Origin: Monocercomonoides exilis PA203
Taxonomy: Eukaryota; Protista; Preaxostyla
NCBI GenBank assembly: GCA_001643675.2
Contig: LSRY02000005.1
Coordinates: 806,001 to 870,000 of the forward strand
Reading direction: 5' to 3'
Length of the DNA stretch: 64,000 nt
Position 1 is the first letter of the stretch. Each line of letters begins with the position of its first letter. Below, piece after piece: positions 46,873 to 59,700 of this stretch. The position numbers and the translations under genes were made by a program. The notes beneath the pieces are model-generated. The model worked only from the letters and a program-made list of their open reading frames with translations, did not search any database and had not been told where the DNA came from.

Positions 46873-49800
46873 ATGGTAAAACGCAATTATTTGGGTTCCC
46901 TATTTAAAAAAGCATACAAACACCAAAATAAAACTATCATTGGATTATATGGAAGCGAAAATCTGAACAAAATAGTCTGAATACTTTTTTCTTTTAAAAT
47001 TTGAAGAAATTTATGAATTTTTCTTTTATGCTTTTTATTATGATTTAAACTATTATCAATTTCATAATCGTCACAAAACAAAATGTTTTTCTGACATGAA
47101 TTTGTGCAAATTATATAATTTTAGTGCTTGGCAACTGCAAAGTTATTGAAAAAAGCTGATATTCAATGTTCTGTGTTATCTCTTGCTCACAATAATTCAA
47201 CGTTTGTTCAATGTTCCTAATTTAAATGCACTCATATTTTTTACAGAGAAAGTGCTCTTTCAGATGATGTACTGCGCAATGTTAATGGATATCGCTTCAT
47301 AGAGATTTATTCATCTGTTCCTTATCCATGTGGTGATCCACCATTTTCAATTTGCATTGTCGAGGTATTAATTTCATTTTGTTAACGCATTGCAATTATT
47401 TTCACTTTTTAAAAATAGGATTTTTTATCAACATCCTTTGATGTTATTTCTAATACTTTCCTTGCATTAAATCCATTTTCAATAATACTCATCGATCTTT
47501 CTGCAGCCTTTCCAATTTCCTTGAAGGATGCGGTTTGTTAATTCATAAATTGATGATTTAAAGATATGACCACTTTCTTTCTTTTTTTCCCCCCGAAAAG
47601 GGATCGTTAATTCCTGATGAATTTCTTTCTCCATCTCGAAAGAGAGTTCTTTCCATTCTGTTCTCTTCACCATTTTCGCTTTGTCTATCTAAACGAGAAT
47701 ATTTACGTCAAGCATCATCTCTTTGCACGCAATCTTTTCTTCTCAATTCTTCTCAGTCAGAAGCTGAAACGAAAAAATCTTCAACACTTTCACTTTCTTT
47801 CGCATCATCATCGTTACCAAATCCATCTGCAGCATCTCATGCAGCTCTCACTTCAATTTCGCAACTTCTGTCAACTGTGGCAGATATTCCAATCATTTCA
47901 CCTCTTTTTTCTGATCTTTGCTCCCACCATATCTTCTCTTCCACTTATTCTTCTGGCACATCAACTGATAATTCGGAAACCACTTCTGATCCGATCCCAT
48001 ACTCCACTCCAGAATCTATTCTCGAGCAAGCAAATGCATTTCTCGTGGTTGCAAATGCATTGTCCGCACATGTGTCGTCTTTTGGCTCGCTTACCACTTC
48101 ATCTTCACTAATTAATGACTTAACACAGTTGAACAACTTAGGTTCTTTGTCGTCGCTTCAGCTGGTTGGAAATAGTTTTGTCTTAGCTGCACCCACAACA
48201 GCGTCGCTATCTTCGGCTGCTGTGTGCGGTTACTCGATTGCTGTGGCTGTGGCTGTTGGCCTCCCGTCGATCTCACTTGTGGCGATGGAAGGAGCAACGA
48301 GAGAGGAAAAGGAAGTTGTTACAGCAATTAAAGCAGGAAGATCAGTGAAAAACATAAAAAAGAGAGAAAAAGAAGGAGATGAAATGTCAAGTCAAACGAA
48401 GATGACTGACAGCGCTGATAGTATTTTGGAGAGCACATCCAGTCTGACAGAAACAGAGACCATTTGGATGTCGTGTCTGCGTGCCTTTGATTTGCTGGGA
48501 TATAAAGAAGGAAAAGACTACACGATCGTTGCACACGAAGACAGCTCAGAAGCAGCAAAAAGAAAGAAAAAGAAAGTTGGATCTACACAAAAGGAAGGTC
48601 AAATAGAGAATACCAGACAATCTGTCAGTCGGCCAACAATTGTTCGAATAGACTTCTACAAAACACACAAGCAGACAATCCAGTTTCTGCTTCCAACTGA
48701 GCTTCACTTGGCTTCTCTCTCTGACTTCACTGTCTGCGTGTCACCTCATCTTTTCCCCTTCTTCCTCTCTTCCTCTCCTCTTTCGTCTGTCTCTGCCACT
48801 TCATCCTCCTCCTTTTCTCAGCAGTCTTCCATCATCCAAAAGCATCTTGCCTCGCTTCCTTTCTCTCTCTCCACCATTTCAGTTGGAGGGCCAGACGGGC
48901 TTCCAGACGACGAATGGATCAACGAAACGTTCTCTGGCGCTTCTACGGGCACTTCATCTTTTGCTTCGTCTGTCGTGCCATCAGAAAGATCTCGTCAGTC
49001 TTCCTCGGCAAAATCACTCATTCTGCAGCATCCGCCACGGATGCCTGTGTCTGACCCGCTTCTCCATCTGCTCGAGAGGGCTTTCTTCTTCTCATACTCT
49101 CCACTTGCTTCTTCGCCTTCCGAAGATAATACATCACTCGCCCGTGCTCCATCAACCAGTCTGGGTGTGTGCAGTGTTTGCCCTCCTCCTGCTTTGTGTG
49201 TGCTGCATCTTGTGAATGCATCTGCACTTTTATCACTTCAGAATGCATCGCCAAGCGCTATTCTCAAACTTTTTGCAGACAAAAAAAAGAAGGCCGAAGA
49301 AGATGGTGAAAGAAGTGATGACAGTGAGGAAGAAGAAGAAGATGGTGATGAAGACAGCGATTCAATGAATGGGGATGACGAGCATAATTTCGAAGATATG
49401 GATGTTGATTATGAAGGCATTTCACAGAAGAACTCAAAGAAATTTGGTGCGCTGAAATCAGAAAAAAGCAACAAAGCTAAAGGCAAGCGACAATCACAGG
49501 CTAATTTGCAGAAAAGCGGTGAAATTTCCAGAGAACAGGAGGAAGAAGAGCTTCTGATGAAAGTGCTGCATTTGCTTCGGGTGTCTCGTTTGACTCCGAC
49601 TTCGGCAGAGGAAACACGATGCATCATTGACGAAGGACAGCAAAGAGAAGAGAATGAAAATGGAGATGCAGGAAAGAAAAATCAAGAAAAGAAGGAAAAC
49701 GCAAAGGAAGAAAAAGGGAAGAAAAAGCGAAAAAGCAAAAGCGGATCAATTTCTGTGCAGGAAACAGAAGAGAAAACAACAAACAAAGAATCTGGCCCAA

Positions 49801-51757
49801 GTGAACATCAGCTTAACCTCATTTTTGCGCTTGTTGGAGAAGGAAAACAAAAGAATACAAAGCCGAAAGAACAGAAATCAAATCCATTGGAAGTTGGGCT
49901 TGGAGAAGAAGATGGAGAAGAAGTCATCAAGAGCGAAATAATGTGTGTGTTGCGAGTTGTGATAGAGTGGCCTGCCAAGCCGTCTTCAACCTCGCAGCTA
50001 TCATCATTTTCATCATCGCTTCCAACGCTATCTCAAGAGCTGTCGGTGAATCTGTTTGAGCCTTCGCTTTCTGAATGTGTTGTGGCGAAGATAGATTCCG
50101 TGGCGACTCATCCTCTTGTGACTGGAATTGGATACGGCACAGAAGCAGTTAAGCAGCTGAAGCTGTGGCTGCAGGGAAAACTGTGGCTGTCTAACCCAAA
50201 TCCATCATCATCGCCATCTTCCTCGACAAATTCGTTTGAAGAAGGAATCCCTGAATCGTTTAAACTGGACAATTTACCGTTTCTGACTCCTCTTCAGGAT
50301 GTCTTCCCGCCTTCTGTTGATGTTCTTCTTGCGAAATTGCCATTCGGAAATCATGTCTTGGCAGAGCGAGTGAAAAGAAATTCACTTCCTGGAGAATCAT
50401 CTCATGCTGAATCAGGTTAGAAAATCGGAGTTTTTATCCAAAAAATTGTTGCTTTAATTTTTATTTCTTATTTTATTTTTTTGTTTTTTTTGACAAATTG
50501 AAATATTCATTATTCACAGGTCTTTACGTGGAACGATACTTGTCCTGTGGAATTGACATAAATCGGGTTGTGCCGTTTCTGCAGAGGTGTGGAATGCGTG
50601 CTGTTCTGCTGACTCAGTCACTCCCACTCAACTTGCAGCACTCAATGAATGACAAGCAACAGAATTCAGTTGATGTGGACATAAGCCCAGAGAGCTTGTT
50701 TTTTGAAAATGATGATGAGCCAAAGAAAAGTAAGAAAGGGAAAAAGAGAACAGGATTGAAGAATGAAACAAATGAGGATAAAACGAAGCTGAGTAATCAG
50801 TGGGAGCTTTGGATGATGTGTGATGTTCGAGTTGAAAAAGAAAATAAAGAAGAAGAAGAAGAAGAAGATGGAGAAGAAGGGGATCTTCATTTGAATAGTA
50901 CTGAGGAGTTAAATGAAAAAGATGAAGCCGACGATGAAGATGATGACGAACTGATTATTAAGCCAATTGGAAAACAATCAGCAGAATTTTTGTCATCAAC
51001 AAAAATCTCTTCAACTGAAGCCAAATCAAAAGCAAACCGCAAATCCGAGGAAATGATTCCTGCAAAAGGATGGCTCAGACGTAGTAATGATCGCTTTAAG
51101 TACCGTCTTCTTTCTCTGTTGTCGTTCAGCCGTGTTCCTCTCTCCTCCACTGTTGCACTTGATTTGCTGGACCCAACTGCTAACCGCTTCCGCGGCCTTC
51201 CATTTTCAGCTTCAGCACCACTTGTGAGCCCAACCTCCCTTTCAATTGGCAGCAACTACTCAGCTTTTGTAAAACATTTACTGCATAGTCAAATGAAAGA
51301 ATATAATAAAACAGAATCACAGAAAAAGGATGAAAGGGCAGAAACGGACGAATGGGGCGAGCCTGAAGATGAACAATCTTTAAAATTTGATTCAATTCCT
51401 GAAGAAAAATCGATCAATCTTTCAGCCTCTTCCCACTTCACTCCGTACGATATGCAGAGGCTGTTTCGCTTTTCTCGCGGAAACTTATCGATTTCGTTTG
51501 TTTTGGATTTGCTCCCTGCAGTGGGGATACAGATGGTGTCTGGAGCTGCCAGGTGTCCGCTCACTCGCACAGAAGCAGCCGTCCTTGTTGGAGTGTGCCT
51601 GCAAAGGCTTTCCGAAGAGCAAATTTCGGCACTCACAGGCCTTCAGATAAGCCAGATTACAAGCAAGCTGAAGGCAGCAGCTGGAAGAGTTTGGGAGTGC
51701 GCTGAAAGAGAAAAAGTTGAAGAAGAAGAAAAAAGGCTGAAATCTGTAACAAAATAA
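46873..51757 (+). CDS. NAT10: Highly divergent NAT10/Kre33 (RNA cytidine acetyltransferase) homolog, six exons, catalytic motifs degenerate
   Basis: Collinear NAT10-like blocks: SICIVEDF, AFDLLGYKEGKDYTIV, IVRIDFYKTHKQTIQFLLP, CPPPALCVLHLVN, VATHP..TGIGYG, FKYRLLSLLSF, FTPYDMQRL and AAVLVGVCLQRLS. Four 5' introns and one at ~50416-50519 give a continuous frame. Confidence 0.88.
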
Positions 51758-52243
51758 AGATTAATCTTGAAGTTCTTCAGTAGTCAGAAGTGTACAGCAT
51801 TATTTATTTTGAACACTTATTTAATATTTCTCCATTTTTTTTACATAAATAATTTTCAATTTATTTTAAAATTACAAAAATTTTGATTAAAGAATATTTA
51901 TCTATAAAAAAAAATATTTTTCAAGAAAATGATAAATAATTTTCATATTAATGCAAATGGACTGATATTTTATAACATTTTTTTTTGAAAATAACCCACA
52001 GAACCATCACTAATTAAAAAGCAAACTGGTAAAATGTGACTTTTTCGCTCGAACCATTGTAGTTCAAACAGACTTTTCTTCCAGAAAAATATATTATTCA
52101 AATAGATTTTTTTAGTCGACACAATTTTGAACATATCAGTTTGTTTTGAAAATATATTTATAAATATAGGAGAGATATTCTTTCACTTTTTTCTATTTTT
52201 CAATTTGAGTTTTCCTCTTTTTCTCACTATTTCCACAACAACG

Positions 52244-52307
<64 letters not shown>
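52244..52307. repeat. Poly(A) homopolymer (~64 nt)
   Basis: Directly visible. It coincides with the end of the receptor 3'-flank duplication. Confidence 0.95.
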
Positions 52308-52309
<2 letters not shown>

Positions 52310-52342
52310 GAAAACTTAGTACAAAAGAATATCACATGAATA

Positions 52343-53316
52343 GAGTCATATTTTTATTTGCACCTCATTTTTTATTTGATCCTAAATTTTTTTTCTTATA
52401 TTGCTTCAAATAGAAGCTTTCGTTAGATAAGAATAATTTAAAACAAATAACATTTTATAACAATGTTTTATGCTAAATGTTTAAAAAAAAATTTTTTTTT
52501 GTAAGAAAATTTTATTTTTAAGTTTTATTTTTTGATCAATGTTTTGCTCGTGTATCCACGAGTTTTTGAAACCGAGTGTTTTCCTTGTTGGCATTGTTTT
52601 TATACATTTCTTTTTAACATTTTTGGCTATTTTCTAACTTGAGGAACTCTTTTTTTTTACAGTTTTCACATCTCACCTTTTTTTCGTAAAACTGAAAATT
52701 GGAACGAACATCTTGTTATTTATTGAAATTATCATACGTGTTAAATAAATAAATTAGTGTATCAAATATTAAAAGTGGTGAGCAATAAAATTAAAAAATA
52801 CTTCAGTCAAAAAATGAAAAAGTTGATATTTTGTTTTTCACGTTTTCCGTTTTGAACACAAAAAATTATTTATGAAGGCTTTGCCATTTAATATTACACA
52901 TAATATAATACAATTCAAATATAATCAATTTTGCAAATTATTATTTCTTTTGTTGATATTATCGTTTTTCAAAAAAAAAAAGGTGAGATGTGAAAACTGT
53001 AAAAAAAAAGAGTTCCTCAAGTTAGAAAATAGCCAAAAATGTTAAAAAGAAATGTATAAAAACAATGCCAACAAGGAAAACACTCGGTTTCAAAAACTCG
53101 TGGATACACGAGCAAAACATTGATCAAAAAATAAAACTTAAAAATAAAATTTTCTTACAAAAAAAAATTTTTTTTTAAACATTTAGCATAAAACATTGTT
53201 ATAAAATGTTATTTGTTTTAAATTATTCTTATCTAACGAAAGCTTCTATTTGAAGCAATATAAGAAAAAAAATTTAGGATCAAATAAAAAATGAGGTGCA
53301 AATAAAAATATGACAC
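52343..53316. mobile_element. Second foldback/MITE element (~974 bp) with ~340-bp inverted arms
   Basis: 52343-~52684 is the near-perfect reverse complement of ~52975-53316, around a ~290-bp spacer. The paralogous flank at ~30000-30025 is an empty site. Confidence 0.92.
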
Positions 53317-53730
53317 TTCATTGTTTTGGAAATACAAAGAAGAAAAAAGTTTGAAAATGAAAAATATCTTATTTAATTATTCTTTGATTCCGTTTTCTCT
53401 CATTGTTACTGATTTTTAGCTTGAATATCATATCATCAGGCCATGAAGCCATATCAGCAAAGAAAAATACATCATGCAATTTTTCGATGCCTCTTCTTCT
53501 AAATGTCAAAAACGGTGACTTCGTCCAACTTTCTCTCCAAAAATATCAATCCTCCTCTTCAACTTTCACTGTTCTTTCTCTTCTTATAATTCTCTTCTTT
53601 TTTGTGAAATCTTTTTGTATTCAGAATCTTCCTCATTTTCAAATGCTTGCTTGAACATTTGTCTTATTCAGTGCCTTTCAATCTCACAAAAGCAACATTT
53701 TTGTCCTTCAACATTTTCTCTCCCATTCTA

Positions 53731-56700
53731 TCATATTTTGAAGCTCGCATCCTGTCTTTGCTCCTCGTCTTTCATTTTCGAGGAAACATCATCTGCAAGT
53801 GAAATGAGTTCGCTTCCATCTTCTGCTGAACCATGCCCATCATTCTCGCTTGAGCTTTCCTCAATCCTGATTGCATCAGTCATCGTGATCGTCGTAGCAC
53901 CTGCTGGAAACTTCTCGAAAAACTCACGTTTCAGATGAGCCAGCATTGGTCTGCTTTCTTCGTCATTCAGCATGCATTTCTTCACAATCTCCTTCAAAGA
54001 ACTTCCTGTGATAACACTCATATCTGGTCTTTCTCCATTCACAATCTTCTGCCCTGCCACCTCTGCTGGATACTCCCCAAACGGGATCTGCAGTGTCAAG
54101 CATTCCCACAGCATCATCCCAATCGAGAATGACACCGATTCCTTTGTTGCACCCATCTTCTTGTTCATCAGCAGCTCGGGTGCTTTCCACCTCAGACACT
54201 CTTTTTTGAAGCTATCCTCATCCTCAAATGCCGATGAGGGAAGTGAATCATCATCATCAGTTGCAGATGTCGCAACTGTTGATGAAGAGATGGATGAGGA
54301 ATCTAAGTCATCGGATGAAAGGAAGTCAGAGTGCATCACAATGCAGATCACCATATGCTCAGAGAAGAGAACAATGTGAGGACTCAGATTGGAAAGTGAA
54401 GAAAGAGGATTTTCCATCTCATCAAAGGAGTGGAGGGCGAGATTAGTCACCCAGAACAGGATCTGAGCAGCTGTTTGCTCCCTCTCCTGAAGAGTGCCAA
54501 TCGCCATCTCCTTCGTCTTGTTCCTCCCATGAAGCAGCATGAACAGTGAATCCCTCAGATCCACAATCAGCTTTTCATGAGGCGATGAACAGGCCATTGC
54601 ATCCACCAGATTCGACATCGACGAGGTGGTTGGACAGAAACTCTCTGGTCGGATAAAAGTTGAATCTGAATTAGTTGAACATGTCGAAGATATTGATGGA
54701 GATGGTGTTCTCTTTCTTGTCTCTTCATCATCTTCTTCTTTCTCATCAACCTTTTCCAATGCCCAATCAGGAATTTTGTCTGAGTCTCTGCCCAATATGT
54801 ATTCAGTTGATCCACTTTCACTCAGCAAATGCTCTGATGACTCAGAGTGTCCCAAGCTTTTCTCATACACCCTCTTCTTTATCCTCTCATCGTTCTTTTT
54901 CTCTGCCTCCTTCTCTGCTCTCCTCCACTGCTCTTCAGGTGACATCTCCATCGTCACAATCTCAATCAGCTTCGGATCCTTCTTCACTGTATCTTTCACA
55001 ATTTTCTCCAATTCATCTGATCGTTCCTTTGCTTTCTTCCATCTGATAATGAATATTATGGATACAATTTTTAGCACTTCGACAACCACTATGCAAACAA
55101 TCAAGATCCATGAGATTTTTCCTTCTTTACCGCTTTCAACAATTTTTTCATTATCTTTTGGTTCAAGCTCACTACTGTTCTTCAGAATGAATGACTGTGT
55201 TGATGAAAAAGATTCTGTATTTCCGAACAGAATACACACATTCACCTCCGCATTTGCATCTGCTGTTCTCACAATCGCAGATTCAACTGCCACATTGACT
55301 TCCTCTTCGCTCACAAAGCCCGAGTCAAGTATTTCATGAGTCTCGACTTGCTCAACATCTCCAATGGAGGAAGTCACACGAAAAGAAAGATTGCATGGCA
55401 GAAGAAGTGCTCCTCTGAACACAATGCTCAAAAGCTCTTCGTTCTGTTCTGGTGTGGCAGATCGAAGAATTGGGATAAACAGTGGTGATGCTCGCTTCTC
55501 AACGATCCCCTTCAAGATGCATCCATCATTCAAGATCCACAATGACGAATTATCCTTCACTCCATCTCCTCCCTACAGACTCACAATATTCAGCTGAGCA
55601 GAATCAGAGCACATTATGTTTCTTCTAGCTGATAGAAAGCCTCGAATTGTCAAGCTATTGAATTCAAAGAAGCCTGAGTCTATCTTCACCTCTCCTCCCT
55701 TCACCGACAGCCCACCCAATGATGAGTTTGAAACTGACACATCTTTCATGCTCGCAACGCTCTCTTCAACATCCACAACAGAGCCATTCCATCTGCATAT
55801 TTCATCTCTCTCAAATCCCTCTTTTTCTTTCATTTGTTCATTTTCCTCAAGAGCACCCACAAACATGCATGAGTCCAAGCTCAAGCTCGTGCACTTGCAA
55901 AAAGAGGCTTCAATCCCCCGAGTGCATCTTGACTCACATTCTGCAAACGAACAGTTTTGTAACACAATCTTCCCTTCTCCATCTTCACATTCCACTCCGC
56001 ACGCTCCTTCACTTGTTCTGCTAATGTTGCTGAACTTCGATAACATCATATCCATTCTTTTCTCATCACCTCTCAGCTGCTTCCTTCCCTTCTCATCTCG
56101 TAACATTCCATTATTCTCATTTCCACCTTCTCTCAACATGTTGACAGCAGGCCCATTCTCAATCCTCACATTCACCACATCAAGTTCCTTCACATTCATC
56201 TCTCCATTCCTCAAGAAAAACAACCCATTCCTGCTCTCACCTTTCTTCACCACAACTTCTGATAGCTTCATCTCACACTCAACACATTCAACAAGCGAAA
56301 CACACTCAAACTGTGAAACAATTAATCCAGTTATTGCGACTGATGATCTTTCTCCATGTATCAGCCTTGGCATTCTGCACACATTGCATCCTTCTGCTGG
56401 CTTCACCCAACATTCACTCATTGAAAGTGTTCCCTCCTCCACACCAAATATCTGCTCGTGTTCTGTTGGAAAGACTTCTGGAATCTCAAAGTTGATTCTC
56501 TCCACACTCACATTCCCCTTGCACTCCACAACACAATCCTTCTCTTTCCTCTCCAATCTGCTCATTCCAACTGTTGCCCTGCTTCCCTTTGCCAGCAGTG
56601 TGAGATTCTCCAGCTTGATCTCTGTTTCCACTTCACTTGCTTCATCCACCACAACTCGCGTTCCATACTCGTGCACAATGTGTGTCAGCCCATATCCCAG

Positions 56701-59700
56701 CGTTTCACAGTACTTGTCTTCTTTCCCACACTGTCTGTTGTTCTCCCCGCCTTTTGCTCCTCCAGAGCTCACAAAGATCGTCGATGACTGATATATCGTG
56801 ATGAATGGCATCAAGTCTGTATCTTCCCTGTGATCTGTTGTGTCCCTGAGATCATGTGTGCCTGCCCAGAAATGCCTCTCAAATCCATTCGAAATTGTGT
56901 TTCGTTGATCTGTGAAGAGATGTTGTGGCAAGCAACAAAAATGTGCCTCCCAACATATGCCGTGTTCCCTTCGAACTTGTCTCCCTCAAACACAAAGTCC
57001 AATACCCCATCAACCTCTGCTCCAACATATACACCTCCTCCACGCCCACTGATCCCAGAGCATCCACACTGCACCACGCTGCACTCACTCACACGGAGCC
57101 AGCCCCCAGCGCTCATCTGCCAACACATCCCTCCTCCTTTTGTGCTTCTTCCACATTTGCACCCTTCCACTTTCGTTCCATTCACCTCCGCCCCAACACT
57201 CACCTCTCCCTCACACTTCACCACAACCGCATCACTCCCTTCTCCATCCATCCACCCAATGCTCGAGTTCGCAATCCCAATCCCTGCCTCTTGATCGTCA
57301 ATATTCCATTTTCTTTCGTCTGCTTCCATCCCAACTCTCACACATATCAATGCCCCACTTTTCACTTTGCATCCTTCCACTTTCAGTTCTTCCACAACGC
57401 ATCTGCACCCGCTCTCAACAACAAACATCCCATTGCACACACTTTCGCTTTCCATCTCAATTCCCTTTCCCTTCAACTCTCCTTTTATCACGTGGACAAA
57501 AACAATCTCTCCAACGAATTCATTCTCTTCAATTCTCAATGCGCATCTTGTGAGTGACAGAACTCCTTCATTGTTTACTATTATTGCTGTTTTCAAGCAC
57601 TCTTCATCCTTCACAACTTCAAATCGGATCCCTTCAAATCCCGCCTTCTTGCTATTCATCAGTCCCACACCTTCCATCCTCTGCTTCACTTCAACAACAA
57701 TTGTTGCCTTCGCATCCCCCTCAATCATTGTTCCTCCATGTGCCTCGATCTTTATTCCAGACACATCAAGTCTGTCGTCCATCCTTATCTTCTTCATAAT
57801 CTCGATCATTCTCTCTTCTTCACAATCCTCAACATGCATCAGTCCTTGCCACAAGCTCATGCACGGATCCTCAACGCTCCCACATCTCATCACATCATAT
57901 CCGTCTTCTGCCACATGCACAGTTCTGCCCTTGAACAGAATAACAAAGCGCAATAAATCTGTTTCTGTGAACACACAATCACTCCCCACAAATCCATTTG
58001 TGTCTTCACTCCAATTCCCAACATCGAACATGAATGAATCGACTGTCACGCAATCGTTCAGCTTCGGTGCAAGCACAAACATATTCTTTCCAATCCTTGC
58101 CTCACAATTCGAAAATCCAGCATTTTTCACCACAAAGTCTCTCATCCCCTCGCAGACATATAAACACGCTCCTCCTCCATATCCTCCTCCACCATTCCCT
58201 CTTGTTTCTGATCCTCTTGCACTGCACGACTCAAACATCGTCTTCTCATCAGAACTGGTCGTGTTCCCAATCCCCACCCTGCTTCCCGTCTTCATCTCCA
58301 ACCACAATGCACCACCGTTTCCATTCAAACATCTACAGCCTTCAAATGAAATACCACTCAGCTCCATCACCTTTCCATCCTCCACAACCCCACAAAACAC
58401 ATTCCCATCTCCTTCACTTCGTTCAATCTCCAAAAATGTGCTCGCTTCAACCCTTGCAGTTCCAGCTATTCCAATTCTCACCAGCTCCTGTTTGCACTTC
58501 ATCCATTTCATTGAAACATTATTGCATATCAATTCTCCATCGCCAATCTCAATAACTCTCTTCTCAAACACTTCTGCTTGCTCATCACCTTCTGCACTTC
58601 TTTCACTCCTCAACACTGCATCTCGAAGCTCTGCAACTCCTGCACTTCCTTCAATCTTGAGCAGATGCGATCCTTTCCACAATACAGAATTGTGAACCAG
58701 ACATATCTTCACAATAATCAGCTTTCCACTTGTGATCTTCATCCCAGCACCTCCCTCCGCTCTTGGCTCCATCCTTGTCGAACTTGCACCGCTGCCTTCA
58801 AACTTCATCCCCATTGCATTCACTATCAGCTCAGTATCCCCATATACGCCTTCTCCAAGTACAAACTCTAGCATTTCTCTCCTCACATCAGACATCCACA
58901 GCGAATGGTTCAATGTTTTGCAAGGTCTGTCAGCTGTGCCACATATCCACTCATCTGTTCCATTTCCACTGTTTGCATGCACTTTTCCAACAAACAAAGG
59001 AATCCAGTCATCACTCGCTGACCCTCCTTCAATCACTACTCTTCGACTTGTCAAATTCGATGAAAGCGAACGGCACCCCACAAAGCAATCGGAGTTTATC
59101 ACACTCGCATATTGGGATGATGCATAGAAATCGTGCCCTTCAGTTGCAGAATTGTTGTCAAACAAACTGTATGATAAGGAAAATTTTGAGGCATAATTAT
59201 TTTCGCAAATTGCACAGAAAAATCCTCCTCCTTTCGTTTGGATTCTTGTGTTGTTTTTGAATAGGCAGTTCGTTATGGTTGATACAGCAGAACCAAAACA
59301 CAGCAAAGCACCTCCACTGGCATAACCTGTTGTCGTTCCATTCACAAAGCAACACGACTCGAAAAGTGGTGATTGGCTGTTTCTGAAGTGAGCACAATTT
59401 CCTCCATGAACATCCCAACAGGAAGAAAAGTTCACTCCAATATATTTTCCTGGTGATGCATATAGAAATGTCGCTCCTCCTGTGTTTCCGTTTGACCAGC
59501 AAAATGTGAATGAGCAGTTTGTGACATTCTGTGCTCCAGACCACAAACGCATTGCTCCATCTCCTTTGGAACTCCAACATCTCTAAAAGAGTGAACAAAA
59601 TTTCACAAAAAGAGAAAATGAAAGCAAAAAAAAGGCTTATTAATTCAAATTAACAAATGGACATACCACAAAATCACTTCTTGTTATTGTGGCTGATCCA

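Noticed and set aside
35418-51757. Functional RNA-processing cluster (tRNA, SNIP1, RNase Z, NAT10-like)
   Set aside because: Mixed orientations and interleaved unrelated genes. Without synteny data, chance adjacency is sufficient.
18932-55575. Alternative genetic code (TAA/TAG = Gln, as in some oxymonads) to explain the in-frame stops
   Set aside because: Conserved genes here end at TAA or TAG, the 5170-aa Gln-rich ORF contains no in-frame TAA/TAG, and two of the premature stops are TGA.
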